Part shown: piece after piece, positions 8,575-18,635 of the stretch | Numbering within the stretch: position 1 is the stretch's first letter | Layout of the letters: the number at the start of each line of letters is the position of its first letter | NCBI GenBank assembly: GCA_963762255.1 | Contig: CAVXKA010000002.1 | Location: 1,120,001 to 1,184,000, forward strand | Reading direction: 5' to 3' | Length of the DNA: 64,000 nucleotides | Source: Candidatus Eiseniibacteriota bacterium | GTDB taxonomy: Bacteria > Eisenbacteria > RBG-16-71-46 > JABDJR01 | Made by a program: the position numbers and the translations under genes | Notes under the pieces: model-generated | What the model was told of the DNA's origin: nothing | What the model saw: only the letters and a program-made list of their open reading frames with translations | The model's database searches: none

Positions 8575-11500
8575 CTACTTGAGCAGCACGACCCTCTGCG
8601 ACTGCGAAGCCGTTCCAGCGCGCAAGTGCACGAAGTACACGCCCGGCGGGAGATCGCCGGCGTCGAAGCGCAGGGTGTGGAGACCCGCGGCCTCACGGCC
8701 TTCCGCCAGTGTTCGCACCTGGCGGCCGCGCACGTCTAGAACGCGCAGGGTGACCGGGGCCTCGGCCGACAACTCGTAGGAGAGCAGCGCGGAAGAGCCG
8801 AACGGGTTGGGCGCAGCGGGCAAGAGCCGAAGTACCGGTCGGGCCTCGTCCCGCCCGGGCACCGCGGTGGTCGAAAGAGGGAACGCATACCACTCGGCCG
8901 CGTCGAGGTTGCCGTCGCCGTTACCGGCCGGTGCTTGCGCGGTCAGCGCTCCGCCGTCCGCGGTGCCGTAGCGGGCCACGGCCACGTAGACGGTGGCCGG
9001 TATGCTTCCCAACTCGCCGGCGAGGTCGAGCGTGCCTTCGAGAATGCTCCCCGCCGACACCGCCGTCGCCCCCTGTTGGTCGAACCAGCCGCACCAGTTG
9101 TTGCCGCTCTCGTTGCCGATGAAGGCCGCCCAGTTCGCGACCTGACCCGACTTCGCCCACGGCGCGCCACGCAGCGCGAGCTGCGAGCCCGCGACGAGGA
9201 TGAACACGTCGTTGCCCACTCCGCTTGCGGCCTGCGACGCCATGTAGAGCTGGCTGCCGTTCCAATCCAGGTAGAGATTCACGCCCGCGTTGCTCGAAAC
9301 AAGTTCCGCCGACGCGTCGAGCTGCCCGTCCATGGTGTACGTGGTGGGGGGCGTTCCTCCGGAGACGGTCACGTGCCAATCCGACCCGCTGTTGTTGTCC
9401 CAGGTGCCGTCGTCGTAGTGAAGGACAAAGTCGAGCACGGTCACTGCCTGCGCGGGATCGTTGAACGGTCCCAGCGTGATGGTGAGGTCGCTCCCCGAAA
9501 CCGTCATCGGTGTCTCGACCGCCGGACCGGTGCCGTTGTACAGCGTCGTGCCGGCGGGCCGGTACGCCGCGATCGGCAAACCGAACGAGTTCACGCCCCA
9601 GTGGAGCTTGCAGGGCGCCGTGGTCCCTGCCACCGTGATCGTGATCGTGTTGTCTTCGGTCGGCGCGGTGGGGACCCAAGACACGCCGCCTCCGCCCGTG
9701 CTTCCGCCCTCGCCCACCCACACATGCTGGATCGGCGAGCGGCTCACGTTGCCGTGGATGTCCGTCGCCTCCACGTAGTAGTCGAGCAGCGTGTCGGTGA
9801 GCCCGGTGATCTGCGCGGCGTAGCGCTGGGCGCGGTAGAGCGGCATCGGGTTCGTCCGTGAGGCGATGTCGCTCGCGGTGCACGCGACCGAACTCCAGGC
9901 ACCCACTCCAGACCCGCCGGCATACGTGTCATTCGCCGCCGACGACACCGGCAGCACCCCGTCCGCGTCCGCGCGGTATTTGAGCGCGACCGATCCCAGC
10001 CCGCTCACGTCGTAGACGTAGGTCCACACCTCGAAGTCGCTCGGTTGGGCGATCCCCCACTCGGTGCCGCCCGGGTTGTAGGGCTCGCGCTGGGGGATGA
10101 AGATCGAAGGCCCGGTCAGGTCGGTCTGCCCGGCAATGACCGGCTGCGCGTACTGCACCGCCTGGTTGGCGGCGCGGGTCGGGTGCGAGTCCCAGATCCC
10201 GTCCTGCGCGCCGTCCCAGTACCAGTAATCGCTCGCCTCCGCGTTGAGCATGTATTTCCACGCGTTCACCGTGCCCGCCGCCAGCGGGTTCACCTGCTCC
10301 GCGGTGAAGACGATGTTCTTGGCCGCGGTCACCACCGCCCAACTGTTTCGGTCCGGGCTGTAGCCGTCGGTGGCGGGGTCGCCCAGCCACTTCTTGAACT
10401 CGGGATCGCCGTTGTCGGCGCCGCTCCAGCTCCCGTTCTCGACGTGGATCACGTCGCTCGACGCGGGCGGGAACATCTCGAGATAGTCCTCCACCGTCGT
10501 GCACACGAAGCGCGACGGGTTCGCGGAGAGCCAGTCCACGAACGCCTGGAAGTTGCTCCCGTAGTAGCTGTCCGTGCCGCCGCCGTAGTTGTCGCCGTCG
10601 TGGTGGAGCACGATCAGGAGCGGATGCGTCGGGTCGGTGTTGTAGGACTCGAGCTGGCTCATCACGGTGTCGTAGAGGAGCGCGCCGAATCCCCCGCGGC
10701 CATCCTCGTTGCCCATATAGCGGTCGGCGGGGACCGCGACGATGCTCGACACCGCCCCCGTTGCCGGGTCGCGGTACTCGACGATGTGCGGTTTGTGTCC
10801 CCACGCGCCCGAGATCTTGGTCGGAGCCCAGAGGTTGGTGAGCTGCACCCAGTCGTTGGGGTTCGGGTTGCGGATGTCCGCGCCGTTGGGCTCGTAGAGA
10901 TTGCCGGCCGTGCTGAACGGATAGCCGGCGGCGGCGCGGTCGAAGTGAGCGTTGTCGATCAACACCCACTCGATACCCTCGGCGGCCAGAGCCGGGATCA
11001 TGCGCGGTGTGAAAGCGTTCTCGGGAGGAAACATGCCGCGCGAGTAGGCACCGGGGAAGTTCGCGGCCATGGTCGTCTTGTGCGATTGGATCTGCTTGCG
11101 CAGGTCGATGGTGTCGATGAGCCCCATGAGCGGGTGGTGGTAGCCGAAACCGACCAGATCCATGCGCGGGTTGCCGAGCGCTGTGCTCTGCGACTTGGCG
11201 TAGTTCCAATTCCCCTTCCACCCGATGAAATTACCGTTGCCCGCCGCCTCCAGGTTGTTGAGGTTCTCGATCAACGACCCCGTCAGGCTCACCTGCGCGC
11301 CGAAGTGTCCCATCCCCGCGTTGATCCCCTTCTGCACGGCGTCTTTGGGCCAGCTCGTATAGGGACCGGTCCGCTGATTGTGGATGTCCACCACCGAGTA
11401 GCTATAGCGCGCATTGGCGTCGGTCACGAGCAGCGACTCGTAAGGCCAGTAGATCGGCTGGTGCATGTGCCAGAGGAAGGCGATATAGATGGGGGGGGTG

Positions 11501-11610
11501 GTTGCGGGCACCTGCACCGGCGGGGCGGGGGCGGGCGCGGCGTCAGCCGGCAGGGTCCGGGCCGGGGAGATCAGAAGGGCGGCGAGAAGCAATAGCCAAG
11601 TGTAGCGCAT
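8575..11610 (-). CDS. Secreted GH57-like glycoside hydrolase (alpha-amylase type) with CBM-like module and C-terminal FlgD/T9SS-like domain
   Basis: WHMHQPIY, YHHPL, FPPENAF, HDGDN, AEASDYWYW; WDNN CBM motif; PNPF...GVYFVHL tail; signal peptide. Confidence 0.85.
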   Translation of the reverse strand: MRYTWLLLLAALLISPARTLPADAAPAPAPPVQVPATTPPIYIAFLWHMHQPIYWPYESLLVTDANARYSYSVVDIHNQRTGPYTSWPKDAVQKGINAGMGHFGAQVSLTGSLIENLNNLEAAGNGNFIGWKGNWNYAKSQSTALGNPRMDLVGFGYHHPLMGLIDTIDLRKQIQSHKTTMAANFPGAYSRGMFPPENAFTPRMIPALAAEGIEWVLIDNAHFDRAAAGYPFSTAGNLYEPNGADIRNPNPNDWVQLTNLWAPTKISGAWGHKPHIVEYRDPATGAVSSIVAVPADRYMGNEDGRGGFGALLYDTVMSQLESYNTDPTHPLLIVLHHDGDNYGGGTDSYYGSNFQAFVDWLSANPSRFVCTTVEDYLEMFPPASSDVIHVENGSWSGADNGDPEFKKWLGDPATDGYSPDRNSWAVVTAAKNIVFTAEQVNPLAAGTVNAWKYMLNAEASDYWYWDGAQDGIWDSHPTRAANQAVQYAQPVIAGQTDLTGPSIFIPQREPYNPGGTEWGIAQPSDFEVWTYVYDVSGLGSVALKYRADADGVLPVSSAANDTYAGGSGVGAWSSVACTASDIASRTNPMPLYRAQRYAAQITGLTDTLLDYYVEATDIHGNVSRSPIQHVWVGEGGSTGGGGVSWVPTAPTEDNTITITVAGTTAPCKLHWGVNSFGLPIAAYRPAGTTLYNGTGPAVETPMTVSGSDLTITLGPFNDPAQAVTVLDFVLHYDDGTWDNNSGSDWHVTVSGGTPPTTYTMDGQLDASAELVSSNAGVNLYLDWNGSQLYMASQAASGVGNDVFILVAGSQLALRGAPWAKSGQVANWAAFIGNESGNNWCGWFDQQGATAVSAGSILEGTLDLAGELGSIPATVYVAVARYGTADGGALTAQAPAGNGDGNLDAAEWYAFPLSTTAVPGRDEARPVLRLLPAAPNPFGSSALLSYELSAEAPVTLRVLDVRGRQVRTLAEGREAAGLHTLRFDAGDLPPGVYFVHLRAGTASQSQRVVLLK

Positions 11611-11764
11611 CACAAACCCCCGTTGGACCGGTCCAAGCCACGTAGACATGGGCCCGAAACGTGGTTCATTATACCCTACGCAGGCTCGGAAGTGTCTCGC
11701 CGGATGATGGCTCCCGGGGCCTTACAGCTAGGATGGAGACACCCCCCCTGCGGAGGTTACCGCG

Positions 11765-12178
11765 ATGCCCCTCGTCATTCGCCGCGTCGACTACTACTAC
11801 ACCACCGTGCACGATCGGCCCGGCGAGGGGTTCAGGCTCCTGGCGCGGCTCGCCGAGGCCGACGTGAACCTGCTGGCCTTCAACGCCGTGCCGATGGGAC
11901 CCGGGCACACCCAGCTTGTCCTCTTCCCGGACAAGCCGGCGCTGCTCAACAAGCTCGCCGAGGCGGAGGGCTTCGTCTTGCAGGGGCCCTTCGGCGCGCT
12001 CCTCATCCAGGGAGACGACCACCTGGGCGCGCTCGCCGCCGTCCACGAGCGGCTCTTCGCCGCCAACGTCAACGTGTATTCGTCGAGCGGAGTCGCCGAC
12101 CACGGGGGAGCCTTCGGCTGCGTCCTCTATCTGCGGCCGGAGGATCTTGACGCGGGGATCAAGGCGTTAGGGGCGTAG
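11765..12178 (+). CDS. ACT-domain repeat protein
   Basis: DRPGEGFRLL..LAEADVNLLAF and DHLGAL...LFAANVNV duplicated ACT motifs; RBS GGAGG. Confidence 0.75.
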   Translation: MPLVIRRVDYYYTTVHDRPGEGFRLLARLAEADVNLLAFNAVPMGPGHTQLVLFPDKPALLNKLAEAEGFVLQGPFGALLIQGDDHLGALAAVHERLFAANVNVYSSSGVADHGGAFGCVLYLRPEDLDAGIKALGA

Positions 12179-12217
12179 GTCGGGGGGACGGGCCGGAGCG
12201 ACCCACCGGCACCTCGC

Positions 12218-12973
12218 CTACTCCCGGTGGATAGCCAGCGGTCCCCATGCCTGGCCCGTCGGCATGACCTCCACGCTGTTCACGTTGACATGCGCGGGGA
12301 GGTTCACCACCCAGTGCACGATCTCGGCGATGTCCACCCCGGTCAGCGGCTGCGTCCCGGTGTAGACCTTGTCCGCGCGCTCCTTGTCCCCCTTGAAGCG
12401 CACCACCGAGAACTCGGTCTCGGCGAGCCCCGGCTCGACATCGGTCACGCGGATGTTCTTCCCCAGAAGGTCGGCGCGCAGGTTGCGCGTGAACTGGGCC
12501 ACGAAAGCCTTGGTCGCGCCGTAGGCGTTCCCGCCGGGATAGGGCCAGGCGCCCGCGATCGAACCCACGTTCACGACATGGCCGCGCTGGCGCTCCACCA
12601 TCCCGGGGAGGATCGCCCGCGTGCAGTACATGAGCCCCTTGATGTTGGTGTCGACCATCGTCTCCCAGTCGTCGAGGTCCGCCGACTGCGCGGGCTCGAG
12701 CCCCAGCGCGAGCCCGGCGTTGTTGACGAGCACGTCCACTTCGGCGAAGCGGGCGGGCAGCGCGCTTAGCGCCTCGAAGACCGCGCGCCGATCGCGCACG
12801 TCCAGGGGGATGGTGAGTACCTGGGCGCGGCCCGCGAGAGAGGCCTTCACCTCTTCGAGTCGCCCGGCGCGACGGCCGACGAGCACGAGCCGGCGGCCCT
12901 CGGCGCCGAAGCGCTCCGCGCATGCGCGCCCGAAACCGGACGTGGCCCCTGTGATAAGGACGGTTTGCATCAT
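12218..12973 (-). CDS. ydfG: SDR oxidoreductase, YdfG-like NADP-dependent 3-hydroxy acid dehydrogenase
   Basis: TGATSGFG, NNAGLALGLEPA, YGATK, EPGLAETEFSVVRFKGD. Confidence 0.85.
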   Translation of the reverse strand: MMQTVLITGATSGFGRACAERFGAEGRRLVLVGRRAGRLEEVKASLAGRAQVLTIPLDVRDRRAVFEALSALPARFAEVDVLVNNAGLALGLEPAQSADLDDWETMVDTNIKGLMYCTRAILPGMVERQRGHVVNVGSIAGAWPYPGGNAYGATKAFVAQFTRNLRADLLGKNIRVTDVEPGLAETEFSVVRFKGDKERADKVYTGTQPLTGVDIAEIVHWVVNLPAHVNVNSVEVMPTGQAWGPLAIHRE

Positions 12974-13075
12974 GGCTGAATCTCCTGATCGGGGGACGCT
13001 ACCTTCCGCCCCGCCTTGGGTTGGATTACTGTAGAGTGCCTCGTCGGCCCCTGCCAACCAAGGAGACCGCTGCCC

Positions 13076-15157
13076 ATGGCGTCCGACAACACGAATTCTT
13101 CGGAGGGCCTCGTCCCGCCCCCCGATATCAACCCCCGTCGGGAACCCGCTCTCGACTTCCCCGATCGCGATCTGGGCGGCATGTCCCCCGCGGACTACGA
13201 AGCGATCGGATTCATGGCCGGGCTCGAGGTACACCAGCAACTCCTCACGCGGAGCAAGCTCTTCTGCCGGTGTCCCTCCGGGCACTACGTCACCCACTGC
13301 GACGCCGAGGTGCTCCGCCACATGCGCCCCACCTTGAGCGAGCTGGGCGAGTACGACGGCACGGCCCTCATGGAGTTCAAGACCCACAAGGAGATCGTCT
13401 ACCTGCTCGAGCGTGGCACGGTCTGCACGTACGAGATGGACGACACGCCGCCGTTTCCGATCGACGAGGAAGCGGTCAAGGTCGCGCTCGAGGTTGCGCT
13501 GCTCTTCAACTTGAACCTGGTCTCCGAACTGCACGTGATGCGCAAGCAATACCTCGACGGATCGATCCCGACCGGGTTCCAGCGCACCGCGATGCTGGGA
13601 CTGGCCGGGGCCATCCCCTTCCGCGTGCCCGCACTGGGGATCGATCGCGAGCTGCGCATTCGCCAGCTCTCGCTCGAAGAGGATTCCTGCCGCGAAGTGT
13701 CGGACGTCGGCCATCGCATCACGTTTCGCACCGACCGGCTCGGCATGCCGCTCACCGAGGTCGTGACAGAACCCGATTTCCGCACCCCGCTCGAACTTCA
13801 GGCCGGCGGGCGGCTGATCGCCAATGTCACGCGGACGAGCGGGAAGGTGCGCCGAGGCGTCGGCGCGGCCCGCCAGGACGTCAACGTATCGGTGGCGGGC
13901 GGGCGCCGCGTCGAGATCAAGGGCGTGCCCCATCACCGCGGGCTGCCCGCGCTGGTGCACATCGAGGGCTTCCGCCAGTTGAACCTGCTCCGGGTGAAGG
14001 CCGAACTGGAGCGCCGCGGCGTGAAGTCCGAGACCCTCGTGATCCCCGAAGGGGCCAAGGCGTGGGACACCTCGCCCTTGGTGATCGACGCAAGCTCGGC
14101 GCTTCGCCGCTCCGAATACGCGCCGCTCCGCGACGTCCTGGATCGCGGCGAGATGGCCGCGGCGCTACGGCTCCCCGACTTCGGCGGGTTGCTCACCCGC
14201 CGCACGCAACCCGGGGTGACCTTCGCCAACGAACTCGCCGACCGCGTGCGGGTCATCGCCTGCCTCACCGCGCGCCCGTTCATGATCCACTCCGACATCG
14301 AGGGCTACGGGCTGAGCCACGCCGAGTGGCGCCAGTTGCGCACATCGCTTCGCGCCGCGCCGGGGGACTCGCTGATGGTGCTGTGGGGCCCCGAGCGCGA
14401 CGTCGACACCGCAGTTCGCGAGGTATTCATCCGCGCGCGCGAGGCGCTGGCCGGCGTTCCCGCCGAGACCCGCCAGGCCTACGCGGACGGCACCAACGGA
14501 TTCGAGCGCATCCTCCCCGGCGCGGATCGCATGTACCCCGACACCGACACGCCTCCGCTCCCGATTCCCGACGCGTGGGTCGACGCGATCCGCGTCCATC
14601 CCGCGGAGAGGACGTGGGAGAAGGAGGATCGCTACCGGGCGCTGGGGCTCGACGCTTTCGCCTCGGCGCGGCTCGCCGCAGCCCCCTGGTCCGCGGTCTT
14701 CGACGCCGTCGCCCCCTCCGCGGGCGAACCGGCCCGCCGCCTCGCCTTCGGGCTGGAGAAGCGCGTCCCCCACTTCCGTCGCCGCAGGGTGCTCGACGGC
14801 CTCCCCGCTGCCGACCGCATCGCCTGCGCCGTACGCGCTCTGGAACGCGGGGAGATGCGCGCCGAGGCCTTCGAATCCGCATTCGATCGGCTCATCGAGA
14901 ATCCGTCGCAGCCGGCGGACGCGATCCTCGCCGCCTACCGCGCGACCGCGGGCGACACGGCCAACCTCGGCCGCGCGGTCGCGGATGTCGCCTCGCGCGC
15001 CTCCATCATGGCCGGCAAACCCGCCGAGGCCGTGATGCGATGGGCGATGGGAGAGATTCTTCCCCCCTTCCTCGGCCGCGTGAGTCCGGAGGACGCCGGC
15101 GCGCGGCTGCGCGAGGCCCTGAAGCCCCTTCTGGAGAACACCGCCCATGTCCGATGA
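13076..15157 (+). CDS. gatE: Glu-tRNA(Gln) amidotransferase subunit E (archaeal-type)
   Basis: GLEVHQQL..KLFCRCP, LSELGEYD, MRKQYLDGSIPTGFQRT, LEEDSCR, RQDVNVSV, AspRS-like insert, PGADRMYPDTD. Confidence 0.9.
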   Translation: MASDNTNSSEGLVPPPDINPRREPALDFPDRDLGGMSPADYEAIGFMAGLEVHQQLLTRSKLFCRCPSGHYVTHCDAEVLRHMRPTLSELGEYDGTALMEFKTHKEIVYLLERGTVCTYEMDDTPPFPIDEEAVKVALEVALLFNLNLVSELHVMRKQYLDGSIPTGFQRTAMLGLAGAIPFRVPALGIDRELRIRQLSLEEDSCREVSDVGHRITFRTDRLGMPLTEVVTEPDFRTPLELQAGGRLIANVTRTSGKVRRGVGAARQDVNVSVAGGRRVEIKGVPHHRGLPALVHIEGFRQLNLLRVKAELERRGVKSETLVIPEGAKAWDTSPLVIDASSALRRSEYAPLRDVLDRGEMAAALRLPDFGGLLTRRTQPGVTFANELADRVRVIACLTARPFMIHSDIEGYGLSHAEWRQLRTSLRAAPGDSLMVLWGPERDVDTAVREVFIRAREALAGVPAETRQAYADGTNGFERILPGADRMYPDTDTPPLPIPDAWVDAIRVHPAERTWEKEDRYRALGLDAFASARLAAAPWSAVFDAVAPSAGEPARRLAFGLEKRVPHFRRRRVLDGLPAADRIACAVRALERGEMRAEAFESAFDRLIENPSQPADAILAAYRATAGDTANLGRAVADVASRASIMAGKPAEAVMRWAMGEILPPFLGRVSPEDAGARLREALKPLLENTAHVR

Positions 15158-16535
15158 CAGCACCAAGGGCTACCGCGAACCGTGTGTCGGCGTGATGCAG
15201 CGCTTCGGGATCCGCGTGTGGAGCATCGTCTTTGCCCGTACCACGCGCGGCGACTTCCGCGGACTCGTGCTCCCCCGCTCCGAAACCTCGGATCCGTTTC
15301 ACATCGTATTGAAGCTCAACACCGGCTACAACGTGGGGATCCGCTCCGATACGATCCTAGAAATGCGCGAAGAAGGCTATAAAGAGGCGATCTACAAGAT
15401 CCCGGAGAAAGCGTTTCCGGTGGATCCCAAGAAACCGCGCGTGCGACTGCTGGGAACCGGCGGCACGATCGCCTCGCGCCTCGACTACCGCACCGGCGCG
15501 GTCATCCCGGCCTTCAGCCCCGGCGAGCTCTACGGCTCCGTGCCCGAGCTCGCCGACATCTGCAATCTCGAGACGCTCAAGCTCTTCGGCGTGTTCTCCG
15601 AGAACATGGGACCGGAGCAGTACCTGGAACTCGCGGAGAAGGTCGGCGAGGCCATTCGCGAGGGTTTCGCGGGGGTCGTGGTCGGGCACGGCACCGACAC
15701 CATGCACCACACCGCGGCGGCGCTGAGCTTCATGGTGCAGCGCCCGCCGGTGCCCATCATCATGGTGGGGAGCCAGCGCTCCTCGGACCGGCCCTCTTCC
15801 GACGCCGCGCAGAATCTCATCAACGCCACGTGGGCCGCGGCCGGCGGCCCCATCGCCGAAGTCATGGTGTGCATGTTCGGCCCCACGTCGGACCGCTACA
15901 ACCTGCTCCACCGCGGAACGCGCGTGCGCAAGATGCACAGCTCCTATCGGAGCACCTTCCGCACCATCGGCGACATCCCGCTGGCGATGGTCGAGAACGG
16001 CAAGGTCACTCCGCTCAAGACCGATTACGCCCGCCGCCGCGACGACCGCGAGGCGGAGGTGTTGGCCCGATTCGAGGAGAAGATCACGCTTCTCTACTAC
16101 TATCCCAACATGCTCCCCGACCTGATCGACGCGATCGTGGACAAGGGGTACAAGGGGATCATCATCGCGGGGACGGGGCTGGGGCACGTGAATCGCAAGA
16201 TCTACCCCGCGATCGAGCGCGCGCACAAGGCGGGCGTGCTCATGTTCATGACGCTGCAGACCCTGTGGGGCTTCGTGCAAATGCAGGTGTACGAGACCGG
16301 ACGCGAAATCCTGGGCCTCGGGGTGATCCCGCTCGCCAACATGCTCCCCGAGGTCGCCTACATCAAACTGGGCTGGGCGCTGGGCGTCCATCCCGACGAT
16401 CCGGAAGCGGCGATCGCCCTCATGAAGCAACCCATCGCGGGAGACATGACCGAGCGCGAGCCCCACGACGGGTACTTGATCTTTCAGGGCGGGGTGCCGG
16501 AGATCCAGGACTTCCTGGCCCACGCCTGGAAATAG
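15147..16535 (+). CDS. gatD: Glu-tRNA(Gln) amidotransferase subunit D (asparaginase-like)
   Basis: N-terminal LKLNTGYNVGI domain, GTGGTIASRLDYRTGAV, HGTDTM, GSQRSSDRPSSD; overlaps gatE. Confidence 0.92.
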   Translation: MSDDSTKGYREPCVGVMQRFGIRVWSIVFARTTRGDFRGLVLPRSETSDPFHIVLKLNTGYNVGIRSDTILEMREEGYKEAIYKIPEKAFPVDPKKPRVRLLGTGGTIASRLDYRTGAVIPAFSPGELYGSVPELADICNLETLKLFGVFSENMGPEQYLELAEKVGEAIREGFAGVVVGHGTDTMHHTAAALSFMVQRPPVPIIMVGSQRSSDRPSSDAAQNLINATWAAAGGPIAEVMVCMFGPTSDRYNLLHRGTRVRKMHSSYRSTFRTIGDIPLAMVENGKVTPLKTDYARRRDDREAEVLARFEEKITLLYYYPNMLPDLIDAIVDKGYKGIIIAGTGLGHVNRKIYPAIERAHKAGVLMFMTLQTLWGFVQMQVYETGREILGLGVIPLANMLPEVAYIKLGWALGVHPDDPEAAIALMKQPIAGDMTEREPHDGYLIFQGGVPEIQDFLAHAWK

Positions 16536-16588
16536 GTCGGAGCCCAACCGCGAAACGGTGGCGCATCGCAGAGCTGGGAGGGTGTGAA

Positions 16589-16793
16589 TATGCGGCGGTC
16601 TCTGTTCGAATTCGCGATCGTGACCGCCGGAAGCAAGATCGCCCAGCGCACCTTCGCGGACCGAAACCTCCCGCACGCCAGCTCGCTCGCGCTGATGCTC
16701 GCGGTCGGGATCCTCGTGCCGTCCATCGCGTCGATCGCGCTGAACCGGCGGCGGGAATCCCCGGCGCTTCGCCAGGCGGGGACCGGCGTATGA
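16589..16793 (+). pseudogene. Probable C-terminal remnant of polyamine ABC permease PotB
   Basis: GSKIAQRTFADRNLPHASSL plus one TM resembles the PotB C-terminus; stop overlaps potC start (ATGA). Confidence 0.55.
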
Positions 16794-17560
16794 GACGGAG
16801 CCGCTTTCCCCTCGTGGTGACCGCCCTCGTCATGCTCTTCTTCTACTTGCCGGTGTTCGTGCTGGTGCTGAATTCGTTCAACGCATCCCGGTTCGGCGGC
16901 GCGTGGGAGGGGTTCACCCTCGACTGGTACCGAAGGCTGTGGTCGGCGCGCGAGGTGTGGCACGCCCTGCGCAACACGCTCTTGATCGCGGTGGGCGCCA
17001 CCGCCGTCTCCACCGTGATCGGCACGACCGCCGCGTTCGCGCTCCACCGGTACTCGAGCCGGCTTCAACAGATCCACTACTTGCTCATCTACTCGCCCCT
17101 CATCGTCCCCGAGATTCTCATGGGGATCAGCCTGCTCCTCTTCTTCGTGGCCATCGGCTTCAAGTTGGGGATGATCACCATCTTCATCTCCCACATCACC
17201 TTCTGTATCAGCTACGTCACCATGGTGGTGCTGGGCCGGTTGCAGGACTTCGACTGGTCGCTCGTCGAGGCCTCCCACGACCTGGGGGCGGGGCCGGGTC
17301 AGACCGCGCGGCGAGTGCTGCTGCCCCTCCTGGCCCCCGGCATCGCCGCCGGGGCGCTCCTCGCGTTCACCCTGTCCCTCGACGACTTCGTGATCACGTT
17401 CTTCGTGGCGGGACCGGGTTCCACCACCCTGCCCTTGCGCATCTACAGCATGATCAAGCACGGCTCCCCGCCGCTCATCAACGCGCTCTCCACCCTTCTC
17501 ATTCTTCTCACCTTCACCACCGTCTGGCTCAGCCAGCGCCTCATGGGGGAAAAACGATGA
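16790..17560 (+). CDS. potC: Spermidine/putrescine ABC permease PotC
   Basis: FFYLP..VL..NSFN, GFTLDWY, EAA loop LVEASHDLGA, AFTLSLDDFVITFF. Confidence 0.9.
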   Translation: MRRSRFPLVVTALVMLFFYLPVFVLVLNSFNASRFGGAWEGFTLDWYRRLWSAREVWHALRNTLLIAVGATAVSTVIGTTAAFALHRYSSRLQQIHYLLIYSPLIVPEILMGISLLLFFVAIGFKLGMITIFISHITFCISYVTMVVLGRLQDFDWSLVEASHDLGAGPGQTARRVLLPLLAPGIAAGALLAFTLSLDDFVITFFVAGPGSTTLPLRIYSMIKHGSPPLINALSTLLILLTFTTVWLSQRLMGEKR

Positions 17561-18606
17561 AGCGAGCGATCTTCCCAGTCACCCTACTTGCCGCGGGGAT
17601 CGCCCTCGCCGCCGGCTGCGGCTGCGGCGGCGGTGGCGGCAACCGCGTGCTCAACGTCTACACCTGGGCCGACTACATCAAGCCGGAAGTGGTCCAACGC
17701 TTCGAGCAGGCGGAGCAGTGCCGCGTGGTGATCGACACCTTCGACTCCAACGAGGCCATGTATGCCAAGCTGAAGGCGGGTGCCTCCGGGTACGACATCA
17801 TCACGCCGTCGAGCTACATGGTGAACATCATGGCCGGGCAGGATCTCCTTCAGCCGCTCGACCGCGCGCGTCTCCCTAACCTCGCCAACGTCGATCCCGA
17901 GTACTTGACCATCGCCCTCGACAAGGAAATGAAGTGGAGCGTGCCCTACATGCTCACGAACTCGGGGATCGCCTACCTCAAGAGCAAGGTGGAGAATGTC
18001 GAGCCCACCTGGGCGGTGTTCGATCGCGCCGATCTCAAGGGGCGCATGACCATGCTCAACGACATGCGCGAGACGGTCGGGGCCGCGCTCAAGTTCCTGG
18101 GCTACAGCCTCAACACCACCGACGACGCGCAACTGGCGGAGGCCCGCGACGTCGTGATCCGCTGGAAGCACAACCTGGCCAAGTTCGAGAACGAGCAGTA
18201 CAAGAGCGGAATCGCGTCGGAGGAGTTCCTGCTCGTCCACGGATACAACGGAGACATTCTCCAGGCTCAGGCGGAGAACCCGGACATCGTGTTCGTCGCG
18301 CCCCGCGAGGGCATCTCCGTGGCCTGCGACGACCTGGTGATCCCCAAGGACGCCAAGCAGGTGGATCTGGCCCACAAGTTCATCAACTTCCTGCACGAAC
18401 CGGAGGTGGCGGCCGAGAACAGCGTGTTCATCACCTACCTCTGCCCGAACCGCGCAGCCTACGATCTGCTCCCCGCCGAGTTCCGCGACAACCCGGCATG
18501 GACGCTGGACCCTGAGACACGGGCGCGGAGCGAGGTGATCGTGGACCTGGGCGCGGATAACGCGAAGTACACGAAGATCTGGGACGAGATCAAGGCGGCG
18601 CAGTGA
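17557..18606 (+). CDS. potD: Spermidine/putrescine ABC substrate-binding lipoprotein
   Basis: LNVYTWADYI, FDSNEAMYAKL, YDIITPSSY, lipobox AAG-C. Confidence 0.9.
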   Translation: MKRAIFPVTLLAAGIALAAGCGCGGGGGNRVLNVYTWADYIKPEVVQRFEQAEQCRVVIDTFDSNEAMYAKLKAGASGYDIITPSSYMVNIMAGQDLLQPLDRARLPNLANVDPEYLTIALDKEMKWSVPYMLTNSGIAYLKSKVENVEPTWAVFDRADLKGRMTMLNDMRETVGAALKFLGYSLNTTDDAQLAEARDVVIRWKHNLAKFENEQYKSGIASEEFLLVHGYNGDILQAQAENPDIVFVAPREGISVACDDLVIPKDAKQVDLAHKFINFLHEPEVAAENSVFITYLCPNRAAYDLLPAEFRDNPAWTLDPETRARSEVIVDLGADNAKYTKIWDEIKAAQ

Positions 18607-18635
18607 CCGCGTTGCAGACAAGGGAGGATGTGAAC

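Noticed and set aside
9385-9405. AAC-rich stretch (TGGGACAACAAC on the minus strand) as a DGR template repeat
   Set aside because: It is the WDNN motif within the GH57 CBM and does not align to the VR; no RT in the window
12218-13960. 580-aa ORF suggesting an SDR with a long N-terminal fusion
   Set aside because: The extension is antisense to gatE; the SDR starts at about 12973
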